From: Antechinus flavipes
Taxonomy: Eukaryota
Reading direction: 5' to 3'
DNA: 64,000 nt
Assembly (NCBI RefSeq): GCF_016432865.1
Contig: NC_067401.1
Coordinates: 117,428,001-117,492,000, forward strand
The notes under the pieces: model-generated
What the model was told of the DNA's origin: nothing
Seen by the model: only the letters and a program-made list of their open reading frames with translations
The model's database searches: none
Position numbers and translations under genes: made by a program
Shown here: positions 1 through 13,552 of the stretch, piece after piece
Numbering within the stretch: position 1 is the stretch's first letter
Layout of the letters: the number at the start of each line of letters is the position of its first letter

Positions 1-840
1 TTCCCTTTAAGATTAATACTCTGAAACTGTATTCTCTTTTGATCTGTGATCCCTTTTGGAGTCTCAGACCCTCCTGGGGAAGGCATATTCCTCCAGACAA
101 GTTATCATTCGGGGATGCAAGAGCCTTTGATTCAATTGAAATCCTGGTCAAAAAGCAGAAGCAGCTACACCCAAAGAAAGAACACTGGGAAATTAATATA
201 AACTGCTTGCATTTTTGTTTTTCTTCCCGGGTTATTTATACCTTCTGAATCCAATTCTTCCTGTGCAACAAGAGAACTTTTCGGTTCTGCACACATATAT
301 TGTATCTAGGATATACTGTAACCTATCTAACATGTATAGGACTGGGGGAAGGGGTGGAAGGAGGGAGGGGAAAAATTGGAACAGAAGTGAGTACAAGGCA
401 TAATGTTGTAAAAATTAACCTGGCATAGATTCTGTCAATAAAAAGTTATTTAAAAATAAAAAAAAACAAAAAGCACCCCTTTGAAGTGTTGTTAATTCCA
501 ATAGATTTGGGCTGGATACTGATAAGCATCTAAGCCTGGGAACCTTGGCTTCCTGAAGCCTCAAGACTCCTTTTCAAGGGCAGTTTCTGGACTCACTCCT
601 TGCAGAAGCCCAAGCAGTTTGCTAGGACCCTACCTACTGAGAAGACATTCTATTATCAGTGCCAGACGCCATTTCCCTAATAGGACTTTGCCACTATAGA
701 AGTCAATCTCTTAGCAAACTGGTTTCTATCCAATATTAAACTTTCATTTTTGCCAATTTGTATTTTGGGAGTAAGTGAATTCTTTCACTTTGAACCTGCA
801 GGCTGACCAAAAGGGGATTTTAACAACTCTCTTATTGCCA
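1..840 (+). mobile_element. ERV LTR (5' end outside window), interrupted by an L1 fragment
   Basis: Relatively GC-rich LTR-like sequence with ATTAAA at 735-740 and a CA end (826-840, uncertain). It is continuous across the L1 insertion via the duplicated caaaaagca. Confidence 0.55.
158..466 (+). mobile_element. L1 3'UTR fragment with TSD
   Basis: Marsupial L1 3'UTR ending in AATAAA and poly(A). TSD caaaaagca at 149-157 and 467-475. Confidence 0.88.
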
Positions 841-3429
841 CTAACCTCATTATCACCAGGAATCGAGGGGATACAAACCTTATCACAATGACAGCAAGAT
901 TATGTGAAATCAACTATGACAGACTTGGATGAAGAGCGCCATCAGAAAATCATTTTCTTCAGATAAGGACAGAGATACCTGAGTACCTACTATATACTGT
1001 GTTGTGACAAAAGAGATTTATAAACTGTGAAGTTTGTATGTGAACATACTTGAGACCCACAGTTTTTATACACTCAGTTATGAATTTTTCAACTGTGGCC
1101 AAATCAGCAACCTGGAGTTATTTAGCTAAGTGAAAAAAGCACCCAAATCAAGATTTCTGATGCAGCAAAAATCTCCTTAATCAATTGCCTGCTGATTTGA
1201 TAAAACTGTTTCACAATGGAATTAACACAATGCAGAGGAAAGACATAATGTTATTTAGTAGCTACTGTGAAAAGTCATATGGTCTCCTCACTGAAGATCA
1301 GATTTTCAGGGCTCAGAAGTAGCTGAAAGGCACATTAAAGACCATCTAGCCCAACTCTTTGAACTTGCAAAGAAGGGAAACTAAAGCCCAGAGAGATTAA
1401 GTAAAGATAGAAGAGTTGGAATTTGAATTTAAGTTTCCTGGCTTTATTTAAATCTTGTATCCTCAATTTTATACCAACATTCACTTATTCATAAGTACAT
1501 CTAGTTTCATATAAACTAGACTGAGTGTTATAGCATAAGACCTCTCCTTATTTCCTCTTTCTTCTAATTTTACAAGCTTTCCTGGGAGGGAAGCAAAATT
1601 TACAGCCAAGATGTAAGCTATGGAAGTGAAAAAGTATTTTAATGGAAATGCTGACAGACTTTTTGCACTGTTTTGGTCTTGTTGGGCATCACAGATTATG
1701 GAGCTGTAATCCCACTGCTGAACAAATTTATAGCTGATAAACCCATCTCAAAGTTTTACAAATCCTCTTTTCTGTTCTTTTAGCACATTTTAATCTTAAT
1801 CTAAATCCTCCAAAGAGTTAACTTCCTCCATTTTCCCCCTCCCCCTCCATCTAAATGTGTTTTAACGGTTAGTATTTTAATGACTTGTCATTTCCTGTGC
1901 TGATAAAGATTCTCACAGTATTTAACCATCCGTTTTCCTGGGGCTCAACCAATACCAAGGTATTATTCATGAGTGACTCAGAATGGACCTCAGACTCTTT
2001 GCCTGACTCAACTGAGATAGATTATCCTCCAAGTGAAACTGGACTCCCTTACCAAGGTAGGATAGATAACTCAAGAGAGAAAGAGAGGATTTATCATTCA
2101 ATCTTTCTGAAGACATCAAATCTGGCTCTCATTAATATTTATGACCTTTTATTTTGCAGGAACTAAATAAAAATATATTTTAAAAAATGTAAACCTCTGT
2201 TTAACCCAGAATAAAGTAACAAATCACGAGTTAGAGATAATAGTAAACATCAACCAGTATTTCATATATAAATGCAAAACCAACTTATCTGTAGGTGGGT
2301 GAATTCAAGTGTTAATTTCTCTCCTGACTTAGTGAGAATCTACTATTCCATACAGTGCTCTTGATACTGAAATGACTAAAGTCTTAGCACTAACATGATA
2401 ATTTAAGGAACTAGCAGCTGAGAAACTAATTTTTTTTAGTTCAGAAATGTGGTGATAATTCAAACCAAGGCAATGCACAACTTGAAACCTGAGGTCCAGA
2501 AAAAAAAAAATGTTATAACCTTGCCCAAGATCTATTTGTTCATCTAGGGATAAGAGGTGGGAAATACTCTATTTTATCCTTAAAAGATATATAGTTTTCA
2601 AACATACTTGAAAGGTGTGAGTTTATAATTTCTGGCACTTTAAAAAAAACATGATTTAACTACAAGTTTTAGGATCAAAACATCTTAAATTTCATTTGCA
2701 TCTGTGCCTCTTTCAAATAATTAAAACCTTCTTTGTGTTGGAACTAGCCTATTGTGTATGATAGAGTATTAAAAACACAACACCAAGGATTTCTCAGAAC
2801 TTTATGAATTCGGGATCCTTCTATGGCTTTATTTGGAGATGCCAGGTGTATTATTGTCCTTACCTAGAACATTTCTAATACAAGCTCTTTCAAAAGAGTT
2901 CTTAGTCAACTCTATTCGTAGCCATTTGGATTTAATTTTTATGAAATTAAAATGAAGGCAAGTCATCCTTGCTACTGGTAGCAACTTTTATGAAACAGGC
3001 TTTAGAAAACAGAGAAGAGGAGCAAATGACAAGAATGTAGACATTTATAAAGGTAAAGAATGGGCTCAGAGCAAAGCTAGCACTAATAACCAACTGAAAG
3101 AAACTGGCAGCTGGGTGAAATAAAGCTCAGTTAAAAATCAACTGAATTCTGTTATAGAAAATAAAGGTCAGGGATCTTGTGCCAGCTCAACTGGGACACA
3201 GACAAAGATTAATTTCTCCCCATCGGGGCTTTGTGGCTGAGATAGAGGAAGCAACTTTTTGAATGGGAGCTCCTCTACAATTCTGAGGGTGACCTATCAG
3301 AGATGAAGTAGCCAACAGAAACCAAAGAGCAAGGAAAATGCAGAGCATAATTTGTTATGGGGTAAATTTAAAGCAGGATGAGTGAGGTACCTAGTTTATT
3401 GTGGTGAGACACGAGGTGAGAGACAACTA

Positions 3430-3640
3430 ATGGAAAAAGCACTGAATTTGAAAACAGAATCTTACTGTGCCACTTATTAGCTGTGACCAGTTAGGCAACT
3501 CACTCAAACTCCCTGAAGATTGACTCCTTTTCTATAATATGTGGACAATTATGCTGGTATTGTCTGCCTCACAGGATTGTTGTGAAAAAGGAAAGCACTT
3601 TATAAACTGAAAAGCACCATATAAATAAATGAGCTATAGT
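3430..3640 (+). mobile_element. MIR/CORE-SINE remnant
   Basis: Matches the MIR core (tgccacttattagctgtgacc...cctcacaggattgttgtga). Confidence 0.65.
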
Positions 3641-4227
3641 TAATAAAATAATTATTACTTAATAGGGGGAAACTGAGGGAGTTCCCACAGGAATTTATCC
3701 CTACTTCAGGACAGTTCTATTATCCCAGAATCCAAGTTAGCTAGATGGATACTCAACATTGAGGTGCTCCTGGAGTTTGGAAAGGAAGAGAAGGCAATGA
3801 ATTTCCAGTTTAAAAAATGAGACAAGCTTAAGAGAGATAAATATACTTAAACACATGTGACAAAAACATACCATATATGAACATGTAGAGAATGATGGGA
3901 TCAGACCTCAGATAATGAATAACAACAGAGATATGCCCAAGCTTAAAAAAATAAAATGGGCAAAGCAAAAGGATGAGCTAAATAATGACTGAAGTCAGTA
4001 AGAGAAGGAGACAGAAGCCTAATTTAGTAAAGGTTTCATGATGGACATAAATAAGTCTTAAGTGAAGTTTTGACAAAGAAGAGAGAAAGCTTTTTGGGGT
4101 ACCTTGTACAATGACTGAAGAAGTTTGGGTGAACTGTTATGTGGGATAGTAAGCTTTCTTTTAACCAGAAATATACTAGGTAGAGATTACACAAAGACTA
4201 ACCTAATCAGAGATTGATAGTATAGGG

Positions 4228-4390
4228 CAGGGATTCTTCTTTTTGTGTCTTGGATGCTTGCGCAACTGGTGAAGCTTATAGAATAATGTTTTAAAATGCA
4301 TAAAATAAAAGATATATATTGCAAAGCAAACCTAAATATACCAAAACATAGTTATAAAAAATTTTTTTTAAGTTCATGGATCCTAGATCC
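4228..4390 (+). mobile_element. hAT-Charlie (Charlie4-like) MITE, degraded
   Basis: cagggattctt...gaataatgttttaaaatgcataaaataaaa resembles the Charlie4-type short element. A second copy is at 9120-9300. Confidence 0.55.
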
Positions 4391-6139
4391 ATGTGTGTTT
4401 TGGAAAAACATATTATTTTTTTCTCCCTATTTGTATTTGGACATACTTCTCCAAATAGAAGATTTCAGGGGAAGACAATGAAAATCATGACAAGAATCTG
4501 TGAGTAAACACATAAACCCAAACAATGATGTTACTTTTTTCTTTTTTTTACAACCATTTGTATCAGTCTGAGATAGAAATGAAATATAATACATGAAAAT
4601 ATTCTCTGCAAATTTGAGAAAGGTATGAAATATTCACAGGTGAGATGTGGAATCAGCTGATGCTTAAGGCCAACATCAAATGTTTCCTTTATTGTAACAT
4701 ATGTTCCTTAAATCTCAACTCAAAACTTCATATTTATAAATGTCCAAGTGACAAAAAGAGATTTCTAACAGGAAATTAGTACAGAAATTGACTACAGAAT
4801 GGACAAAGTTTGATTTTAAACTTTAATGTTTTCATATCAGATAGGCAATTCTATTAATGTAAAATTTTTCTATTTTCTATATCCAATTTAAACTATGAAA
4901 GAGAACCAAATTAAAGATCTGCAGGCACTATGTAGAATTTAGAATCCTTGTCTTTGATCTCCAACCTTTTCCTCGGCCCATATACATTTCATAACTATCC
5001 TCACTCAAAAGGCATTTTATGTGTTGAGGGTGGGTCAAGGACTAGTAGTAAAAGGCTCACATAGTTCATTCTGACCACTTGCCATGCTGTGAGGACCAAA
5101 TGATACAGAGACATTCAGCTGCAAGCAGCTACTCACTAGTAAAGATGATTTATCTTGCCACAGGCAAACCTCAACCTTTGAGGTCAAATGCAAGAAAGTT
5201 ACTCAACAGCACTAGAGAGCTAAGGAGAAACTGGAACATTCTGTATGTGGTTTAAAGTCCCTCCCCTCCTTCCTCCACTCCCATCCATTCCATGTTCAAT
5301 GATTAAGTTATGGAAACAGTTTCTTGGTATGGTAAAATAAAACTGTGGACTTTGTCTTCCAATAAGATCTTGGCAATCTGACAATGTGCCAGTGTTCTGC
5401 CTATGTTATACTTTGAGAAATAGCCCTACAATTTTGTTCTGGAAATTTCTACTTTATATTTAAATTTTGGAAAATTGTTGTTTTCATACCATTTCAAAGT
5501 TGAATCTGCATATGTTCTCTAACATAACATCCAATGATCTTCCAATGAACATTTTTGCTAAAGAGGGCTTGAGAATTTTGCTGAAAGATTTTTAAAGGAT
5601 TCTTAATATTTGAAACAAGATAGGTCATTGATTTTATCCTTTGATTAGATCTGTGCCAAGTAAATAATATCAGGGCCAACCCATGTTGTTTAGAAATGAG
5701 TTTAACACCCCCCTCCTTTCCCTTCCAATACTCCATATTGCTTTAATTCCCTTGGATGGTGTTAACTGGGCATTCTTCCACACTATTCATTTGATAATAC
5801 AGCAAACCCAATTTTGTGGAAGGGGAAAGTTCAGGTATTTTTTCCTTTGCTAATGAAAAGAATTCATTTCAATTGCAGAAACAACGGAGACAAATATTGT
5901 GTTTCACAACTTCACATGTGACATATCAGCAAAAGAGAAAATCTACCTTGAGCATCTATCAAGAAGGATTTAGTTCTCCATGAGGAAGGTTTCTCTTTCC
6001 AGAGACCCTCTAATAATAGGTAACAGTCCAGTCAGCATTCTATGTTAAGAGAAGCCAATGTCAAACACTCAAGAAGTAACCCAGTTGCAATGCCTCCTAC
6101 CTCTCAGCAGAGTTGGTAGACTAGAGGTATGGAAAGGGA

Positions 6140-6300
6140 AATTTTCACATATGGCCAGTGTACTGATCTGTTGATTTATTTTGCTTGACTATGCTTTATT
6201 ATGGGGGGAGGGGATGGGAATTATTATTATCACGGGGTAAGTGGTTTAGGAGGGTCAATGGGAAATGGCAGTAACATGAAAAAAATTAAAAAAAAAAAAA
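6140..6300 (+). mobile_element. Old L1 3' end
   Basis: G-rich 3'UTR segment followed by an A tail. Confidence 0.45.
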
Positions 6301-6539
6301 AAGCAAGATTCTGTTCAGTCCACCAGCTTCATCTCCCATTCACCAAAATGGCTTCTTCTTTGGAGTTACTACTTAGTTTCCTTAGCTATTCCTTGCTTTT
6401 TCTGAGTATAAACCTAGATAGAACACAACCAAACCTTGGTTATTTGGAAAGCTCAGTATCATATTAACCTGGGCAGTGTTTTCTCCCATATGATGAAGAA
6501 GCTTTCTTCAACCTAATGACAACCTTTTACTTTCTTTTC

Positions 6540-7265
6540 TTTTTCTTCATTATATTCTGGCAATAAACTTGTATTTATTGTTTTTAGATTATACAGATAC
6601 AATCATATTAACCATACTTCCGCATTAGTCATATTGTGAAAGAAGAAAAAAAAGTGAAAATAGTATGCTTTGATATGCAATCAGATTCCAGAGTTTTTCC
6701 TCTGGATGTGGACAGCATTTTCCATCATGCAGTTTTTGGATTTATCTCGGATTACTATATTGCTGAGAAAAGCTATCTATCATAGCTGATGATCATACAA
6801 TCTTGCTTTTACAATGTACAATGTTTTCCTGATTCTGCTTACTTCAGGCAGCATTAGTTTATAAAAGTCTTTCCAGATTTTTCTGAAATTGGCCCACTCA
6901 TCATTTCTTATAGCACCATAGTATTTTATTATATGTATATACCACAACTTGTTGAGCTGTTCTCCAACTGATGGGCATCCATTCAATTTCCAATTCTTTA
7001 CTACCACAAAAAGAGATGCTATAAATATTTTTGTACACGTGGATGCTTTTTTGATTTTTTATGATCTCTTTGGGATACAGACCTAGTAGTGGTATTTCTG
7101 GTTTAAAGGGTAAGCATAGTTTTATACTCCTTTGGGTACAGTTCCAAATCATTCTCCAGAATGACTGAATCAGTTCACAGCTCCATGAACAATGCATTAG
7201 TATTACAATTTCTCCACATCTTCTCCAACATCTATCATATTCCTTTTCTGTCATATTAGCCAAAC
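6540..7265 (-). mobile_element. L1 ORF2 C-terminus plus 3'UTR fragment (older subfamily)
   Basis: ORF-track peptides 6901..7293 (RCWRRCGEIVILMHCSWSCELIQSFW) and 6780..7007 (KNWKLNGCPSVGEQLNKLWYI) match the L1 ORF2 Cys-rich C-terminus and are frameshifted. Confidence 0.9.
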
Positions 7266-7679
7266 CGATTTTCTTTCTAGATAGATATTCCAAAGAAACT
7301 GAATCCCTTATTTTATCTTCTTAGATATGTAAAAAGGGACTGTGGAAGGCCAGCTAAAGGTGTTCTAAGAATTACATTTAGTTTTGGTCCACTTCTTACT
7401 TTAAGAACATAAATTTTGTAGGGCTAGGTATTTTCTCCTTTATTTTGAATATTATTTAGCATATTAGAAAATCATATATTCACCTAGGAACACCAGAAAT
7501 ATGATTAATGTTATTTATTACAAAAGTGTCAGTGGTTCATTTTTCCCCCTGCCACTTAGGGGGAATAGGAAGCTAGAACTCAGCTTACAGCATGCCCTTA
7601 ATATAAATACTCTTTGGCAATCAGCATATTTTGATGGTGAGCTAAGTAAAATGTCAGCCTATGGTGTTATATTGTTGTT

Positions 7680-7835
7680 GTTTTTTTAAAATAACTTTTT
7701 ATTGATAGAACTCATGCCAAGGTAATTTTTTATAACATTATCCCTTGCATTCACTTCTGTTCCGATTTTTCCCCTCCTTCCCTCCACTCTCTCCCCCAGA
7801 TGGCAAGCAATCCTTTACATGTTGAATAGGTTACA
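7680..7835 (-). mobile_element. 5'-truncated L1 3' end with TSD
   Basis: TSD gttatattgttgtt at 7666-7679 and 7836-7849. AATAAA intact. Confidence 0.9.
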
Positions 7836-8796
7836 GTTATATTGTTGTTTTTTGCCCTTTCTACTAATCTTTCACGATTCTAATAATTGCATGTTTTCTC
7901 TGGTGCCCTATAAGTAGTAAAACTTGTTTCAGGATAAACGTTTGATATGCTTTTGAATCTAATTATAAATTTAAGACCCTTCTAGGAAATATTTGTATTT
8001 TAAACCTCATCTCTTGATTTTATTTTCATTATAAGAATTTCTGATATTAGGTAAGAAGGTAGTGACTCATTTTACAGATGAGGCAAGGTTTGGGTTTCTT
8101 TTTTTTGTTTGTTCAGATTGAAGGGCTTCTTATCCCATTATCATAAGAGATAGCCTACTATAGTTAATAGTGGTCCCCTTCGACTTTTCAGAGTTACAAT
8201 TAGACAACTACAATGTGTGTATATAGGATAATGCTAGTTTTCATAGGGCTTAATGTTGCAATTAAATAAAGCTTATAAAAAAGTTAATTGAATATATTTT
8301 AGCTATATGCATAATCATTGTTTAGTTATAGTAACTAAGTATAAATGCTAAACACTTCACACTTTTTTGTAATTGGTACTATTTTTACAGAAGCAAATCA
8401 ATTTTTTTTTCATTTTATTAGTTTTCTGGTAACTAAGGTCATTAAGGTGAAGGGTTTTCCATTAATAATAATACAATCCTTTTGGTCATCAGTCTAAAAT
8501 TTAAATATGTCAAAAGCCAAAATTCCTAGGTTAAGTATCCTGTGCTATATTGTTGTCTGACCAATCCTTTTTTGAGCATCACTGCTTCATCACAAACTAT
8601 GTCTAACTACCCTTATGGGCTATAAAGTTTCAGTCTGCCTGGGGATATGCAGGAGGTAGTTTGAGAGCCAGAGAATTAAAGCAGCTGATTAAAAAGGACA
8701 GTAGAGATGGTACAGAAGAATCAAATTTGGATGTTTAGCTTCAGAAATTCTTAAGGTAGAAACATGGAGAACAACCAATTGAAAGAATGGCTCTTG

Positions 8797-8935
8797 AGAA
8801 TAGATAGATGGAGCATTGGATAGAGCACCAGTCCTGAATTCAGGAGGACCTAAGTTCAAATTTGGCCTCAGACACTTAATATTTACTAGCTGTGTAACCC
8901 CTGACAAATCATTTAACCCCAAATGCCTTACTAAA
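8797..8935 (+). mobile_element. WSINE1-type CORE SINE
   Basis: tRNA-like head (gatagagcaccag...ggacctaagttcaaat), CORE and A-rich tail. Confidence 0.88.
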
Positions 8936-9119
8936 AAAGAAAAAAGAAAACAAACAAACAAAAATCCCCAAAACAAAACAAAAATCCAAAAAAGAATTGC
9001 TCTTGATGCTAAGACAGGAAATTGCAGTACTTATAAAGTTCATCCTTTCTGGATGGGATGAATTTGGGGGAATAAAGGGAATAAGAAATTACATCACTCC
9101 TGTCTGTCTCAATAAAATG

Positions 9120-9300
9120 GACATTCTTAAACTTTTGTGGGGAGTGGTGTCAGGTAAAGCCTATATATGAACTCCTTAGGGTGTATGAAAATGCAAAAAA
9201 TAAAATTCATAGGGTTGCAAAGGAAATCAATTATACTGAAATACTGTTATCTAAATATGTTATTTTAACAAGTGCACAGACACCAAGTTAAGAATCCCCA
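9120..9300 (+). mobile_element. hAT-Charlie (Charlie4-like) MITE, degraded
   Basis: aaaataaaattcatagggttgcaaaggaaatcaattatactgaaatac...ccaagttaagaatcccc. Confidence 0.55.
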
Positions 9301-11984
9301 CCCTAAAACAACAAGTTCATCTCCAGTACTAACTTTAGCCATAATGCAATTTCAGATCCAAGAAGAGATTTCTTTCCTCTCCAAAAATATATCTCCCCAC
9401 CTATATTCTTTTACTTGAAATTTCTTTTTCAGAATACAAAGTCTTTCAAAGATTTTTCAAAATGCAGCTATTACAGAGTTAACACAATGCTGTAAATTAC
9501 TTTTAGTTCAAGTATGAATTAAGTTATCAGATTCCTTAAAGGTGTTAAAAGACTAAGGGAACTAGAACTAGAAGGTGCATTACACTGCACTGAGAAGAAC
9601 AAGAGAAACAAAAGAAAAGAAAAGGAAAAGTGATTACCACTGAAGGGGAAAATGGACAGTAGAAACAAAGCTCACAAATTTTTCAGTTTTGCTGTCAAGA
9701 CTGCACTGTTTTTATCTCTAGCAGTGCCAGACAAGCAGAAGTTGTGCATAAAAGGAACTTTTTGCAATGTGTGGGGTAGTCATGCAAGTTTAAATCTTAC
9801 TGTGATTCTAACTGTGGGAAATGTGGTTCTGGGTGTTCTCTTGGGCAGAGGCTAGCCAAATGTGGTAGCCAAAATTACTTTTTTCTATCAGAGACTAGAT
9901 TGAGATTAAACAAAGCAAAAGTGTCATCATTCCATCTGGCTCACCCTCACTCTTGAGACTGACCACCTTCTCATTCTCCTTTCTAATCTGAACTAATTAT
10001 TTGCTTTCCATTGCTTGAAGATTTATTTCTCTCTGCTATATCTTGGGAAATATTATGCAAAAAATGGCTATTAAGTTAAAAAATGTGTTTTTTAGTTTAC
10101 AAAAAAGATTTTTAACTGGAATGAAGAAATGATATTTTCTTTGCATTACCAAGGATCAGTACCTTTGCAAACCCTTAAAATCTACAATGAAACCTAAATG
10201 AAGTAATTAGTATTTGTTTTTGCTAAAATGAAAATTTTATCTCCTAATAAATGTAGAATGGGATAAGAGGAAAAAATAAGTGGATCCTCAGAAGTGAAGT
10301 ATTCAACAGATTAGAGATTTGAGATTACCAAGAGGAAAGTTTGTGAGGGTTATTAGGATAGACAATTTTATTCCAAGAAATATTCTACTTTTATAGGCAT
10401 TATTTTCAATTAAGCTAAGTATTTTATCTGGTAATAAAAAGTAGACTATTTCCTTATTTTCCTTTCTGGAAGAGAACACTTCATCTATTTATCAGAACTG
10501 GGTCAAGGATATGAAATCACAAGTTCAGGCCTTCTATAACTCATCTTCTGTGTCAACTTAATCTCTAGTCTAGGCATTGGTGAGCCTGCTCACTAATTTT
10601 TAACATTTATGTTTCAAAAATCTCAGAAAAATCAACTGCTTTAAACAAGAATAATGGAGACAATATGATTTAGAACTGCTATTACTGCCTTAAAGATAAA
10701 AAGATATTGTTTGTAATTTAGTAATGAAGAACTAAGTGAAACAGCCAAGTTGGGCTGTTTATAATGTTTTATATACTATGTAACAAAAAAAAATTGATGA
10801 GGTAATCCCAGCAGACAGTGCTGGGGAAAACTTGAGGATACCAGGACATTCCGACATCTGACTCCTGAGAACATTGTTAAACCATGACATCAACCATCTA
10901 ATTTAATAAAAATCTGAATCTAGTAAGTCTTGAATATGTTAAAGTAACTTGATGAAAAACTATCTCCAGACAGTAGGAACGCTGCAAATTTGGATGGGAA
11001 GGGAAGTGTGGGGGAAGGGAGAGAACAACTAGAATGGAAAAGCATTCTTAAATGGAATTGAGTGTCAGACCAGTGTTGGCAGAAGAATGTTATCAATTTA
11101 ATTCTACACAAATTCAGAGAGCAAAGCCTGAGCTCTACCAATGTTTTGTTTAATGATGTATGGCAAGATATCTGTCTTTTTCATTTATGAGAAAGGAATC
11201 ATGATAGCTTTCTCCATATGACTCTCACAAATGTGGTTAGTATAATAATTCTTTTGGTATAAAATAGATAGCAGTTATTTATTTTTATATAATTGTCCAG
11301 TAAGAGACTGTGATATAAAATATCAACTAAAGCATCTCTCATTTGTCTCGTCATTAAGCAGCTTTTCCCCATTAGAATGGGAACTCCTTGACGCCATGGA
11401 TCTTGTTTTTGTCTTTCTTTGTATTCCTCCAGTGCTTAGCACAAGTGCCCAGTCCATTGTAGGGATTTGTTTAAATATCTGTTGACTTTTAATTGTAGCA
11501 AAAGCAGAAAAACCTGAATGTCATATCCCTCTTTTATTAGTGTAACTAGCAGGTATTCCAAGGTTCTATCACAAGGCAGAACAACAATTCCCTGAAAACA
11601 TAGCATGGTCCTTTCTTTGTGCCAAAAAACAAGAGTATGGGCTTGATTCCTAGGTAGAATAATTGAAGAGGCAAGGAAGATTCATCTTTCTCCTTCTAAA
11701 GTCAGTTAGTATACTCTTTTCTGTGGAAGAAGATTATAAATTCCATACCCTTTTCTAGCTACCAAATCATTTAATAACTTATTTCTCATAAAACCCTGGT
11801 CCCCAACCTCAATATAGGTACATGTCCCAATGAAAACAATAAGTGCTTCCCAAAATGATCTACTATTGAAAAAAGGTAAGGTACAAATTATTATTCATGC
11901 TTCTAATCTGCAATTTAGGGAGTAATAAATGCGATGATAAATCTGAAAAAAGTTCTCAAGTATATACATGCCTTGTGAAACACC

Positions 11985-12500
11985 ACTTTCAGGCCTATAT
12001 ATTAAAATTTAAATTATTTTACATAGTTAAGCAATTCCAGAAATGCATGGTTCATAAATTGCTTTTAAGAAATTTTTTCCTGGAAAGACTTAAACTAATG
12101 CAAAATGAAGTGAACAGAATCAGGAGACCATTATACACAGTAAAAGAAATATTGTATAATGATCTGATCAACTGTGAATGATAACTCTTCTCAGCAACAC
12201 AATGATCAAAGAGAATTCCAAGGGACTCAAAATGAAAAATGCTATTCATATCAAAGAAAGAATTGATGAGAGTCTGAATGCAGATTTAAGCACATTATTT
12301 TTCATTTTATGGGTCTATGTTTTCTTTCACAAATGACTAACATGGAGATATGTTTTCCATGATGGTACAGATATAGCACATAAAACTGTTTACTATCTCA
12401 AGGAGGGGAGAACTGGAGGAGGAAGAAAATATGGAACTCAAATTTTTTTTAAAAAGTTAAAAACTATCTTTATGTGTAATTAGGAAAAATATCTATTAAA
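11985..12500 (+). mobile_element. Old L1 ORF2 end and 3'UTR
   Basis: gaactaatgcaaaatgaagtgaacagaatcaggagaccattatacacag... matches the L1 3' region. Confidence 0.8.
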
Positions 12501-13490
12501 AAAAGGTAAGCTTTTAAGATAATTATAGAATTATAGTCACCTCTAAATACTAAATATTGTTTTCATATCAATTGTATAAGCCAGGTTAGATGAATTATTC
12601 AACTAAACAAAATGAGTTGTGCTTTACTAACCTGTTTTATTAAAATTAAGCCTATGCTACAGTGACAAAGTCACTTAGATTATACACTGAGGTTTGTCTG
12701 GCTCACTTTCTCATGTTAAAGACTGGAAAATAAAAGTATTTGTTCAGGAAAAATATAGTTTATCTTTTAAAAATAAGAATTTTCAATGTTGTCCCAATAT
12801 AGCATTAACTATGTGATATACAGATGTCTTTTAAAACAAGGACTTTTTTCCCCATTTATTTTATTTATATTCAATGTCTAGCACAGTACCTACTATGTAG
12901 CAGGCACTTAAAAAAGTCTTTATTGATTATTAACATCAGTTTGTACATTACAAAATTTATAAGAAAAATGGATGTGGAAAAAGGAGCTAGATCCATATGC
13001 CACAAATATAAGTTCCTCTTTCACTGGAATTATGTAGGTTTTATAATTTTGTAATTATCAAACATATATACAAACCTTTAAGATTATTTCAGGTAACATG
13101 ACTAGATGAAAAAGTAGCCAGAATAAATTTAAATAAATACTTGAATTTCACACTACTCTGCTGCAGGACAAAAGGGGATAGGAGCTTAAATAAAATCTAA
13201 ATTACTTCAACTACTATCTAGAATTTATTTATTGAGTGCAGCCAAGGTAGTATGCTAGGTATTGTGGGTAATACAAAGAATTTTTAAAAAATTAAGTCCT
13301 TGCCCTCACAAAGCTTATAGTTTGATAAAAGATATGTTATGCACAAAACAACATAATTAGTTCTTTGCCAAAAAGCCTTTTGCAAGTCCACAAATAAAAG
13401 ATTTTCACAAAATATTATCTCATTTTCCCCTTCTGAATGTTTCTTCTCATTCAAACAGTAAAGATTATTATTAGTCTTATAATTACTCAC

Positions 13491-13552
13491 CCAATGAGTG
13501 CCACCATCTGTTCTACTATGTGCTTGCTGAAAGTTATAATAACGAAGAGTTT
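13491..13552 (-). CDS. VMP1: VMP1 coding exon (exon 10 equivalent), 62 bp, phase 0-2
   Basis: Acceptor ttttctttcttatag|AAA and donor GG|gtgagt. Translates KLFVIITFSKHIVEQMVALI(G). Confidence 0.97.

Noticed and set aside
2859-2866. Recursive-splice-like TAG|GTAAG in intron 10
   Set aside because: There is no adequate polypyrimidine tract upstream.
8797-8935. tRNA genes at SINE heads
   Set aside because: The A/B-box-like heads continue into CORE sequence and A tails, so they are SINEs rather than tRNAs.
1-13490. MIR21 hairpin and VMP1 exons 11-12
   Set aside because: I looked for the reverse complement of miR-21 (TCAACATCAGTCTGATAAGCTA) and for the AVPGIGPSLQKPFQEY exon and did not see them. 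In human, intron 10 is about 20 kb, so they should lie left of position 1.
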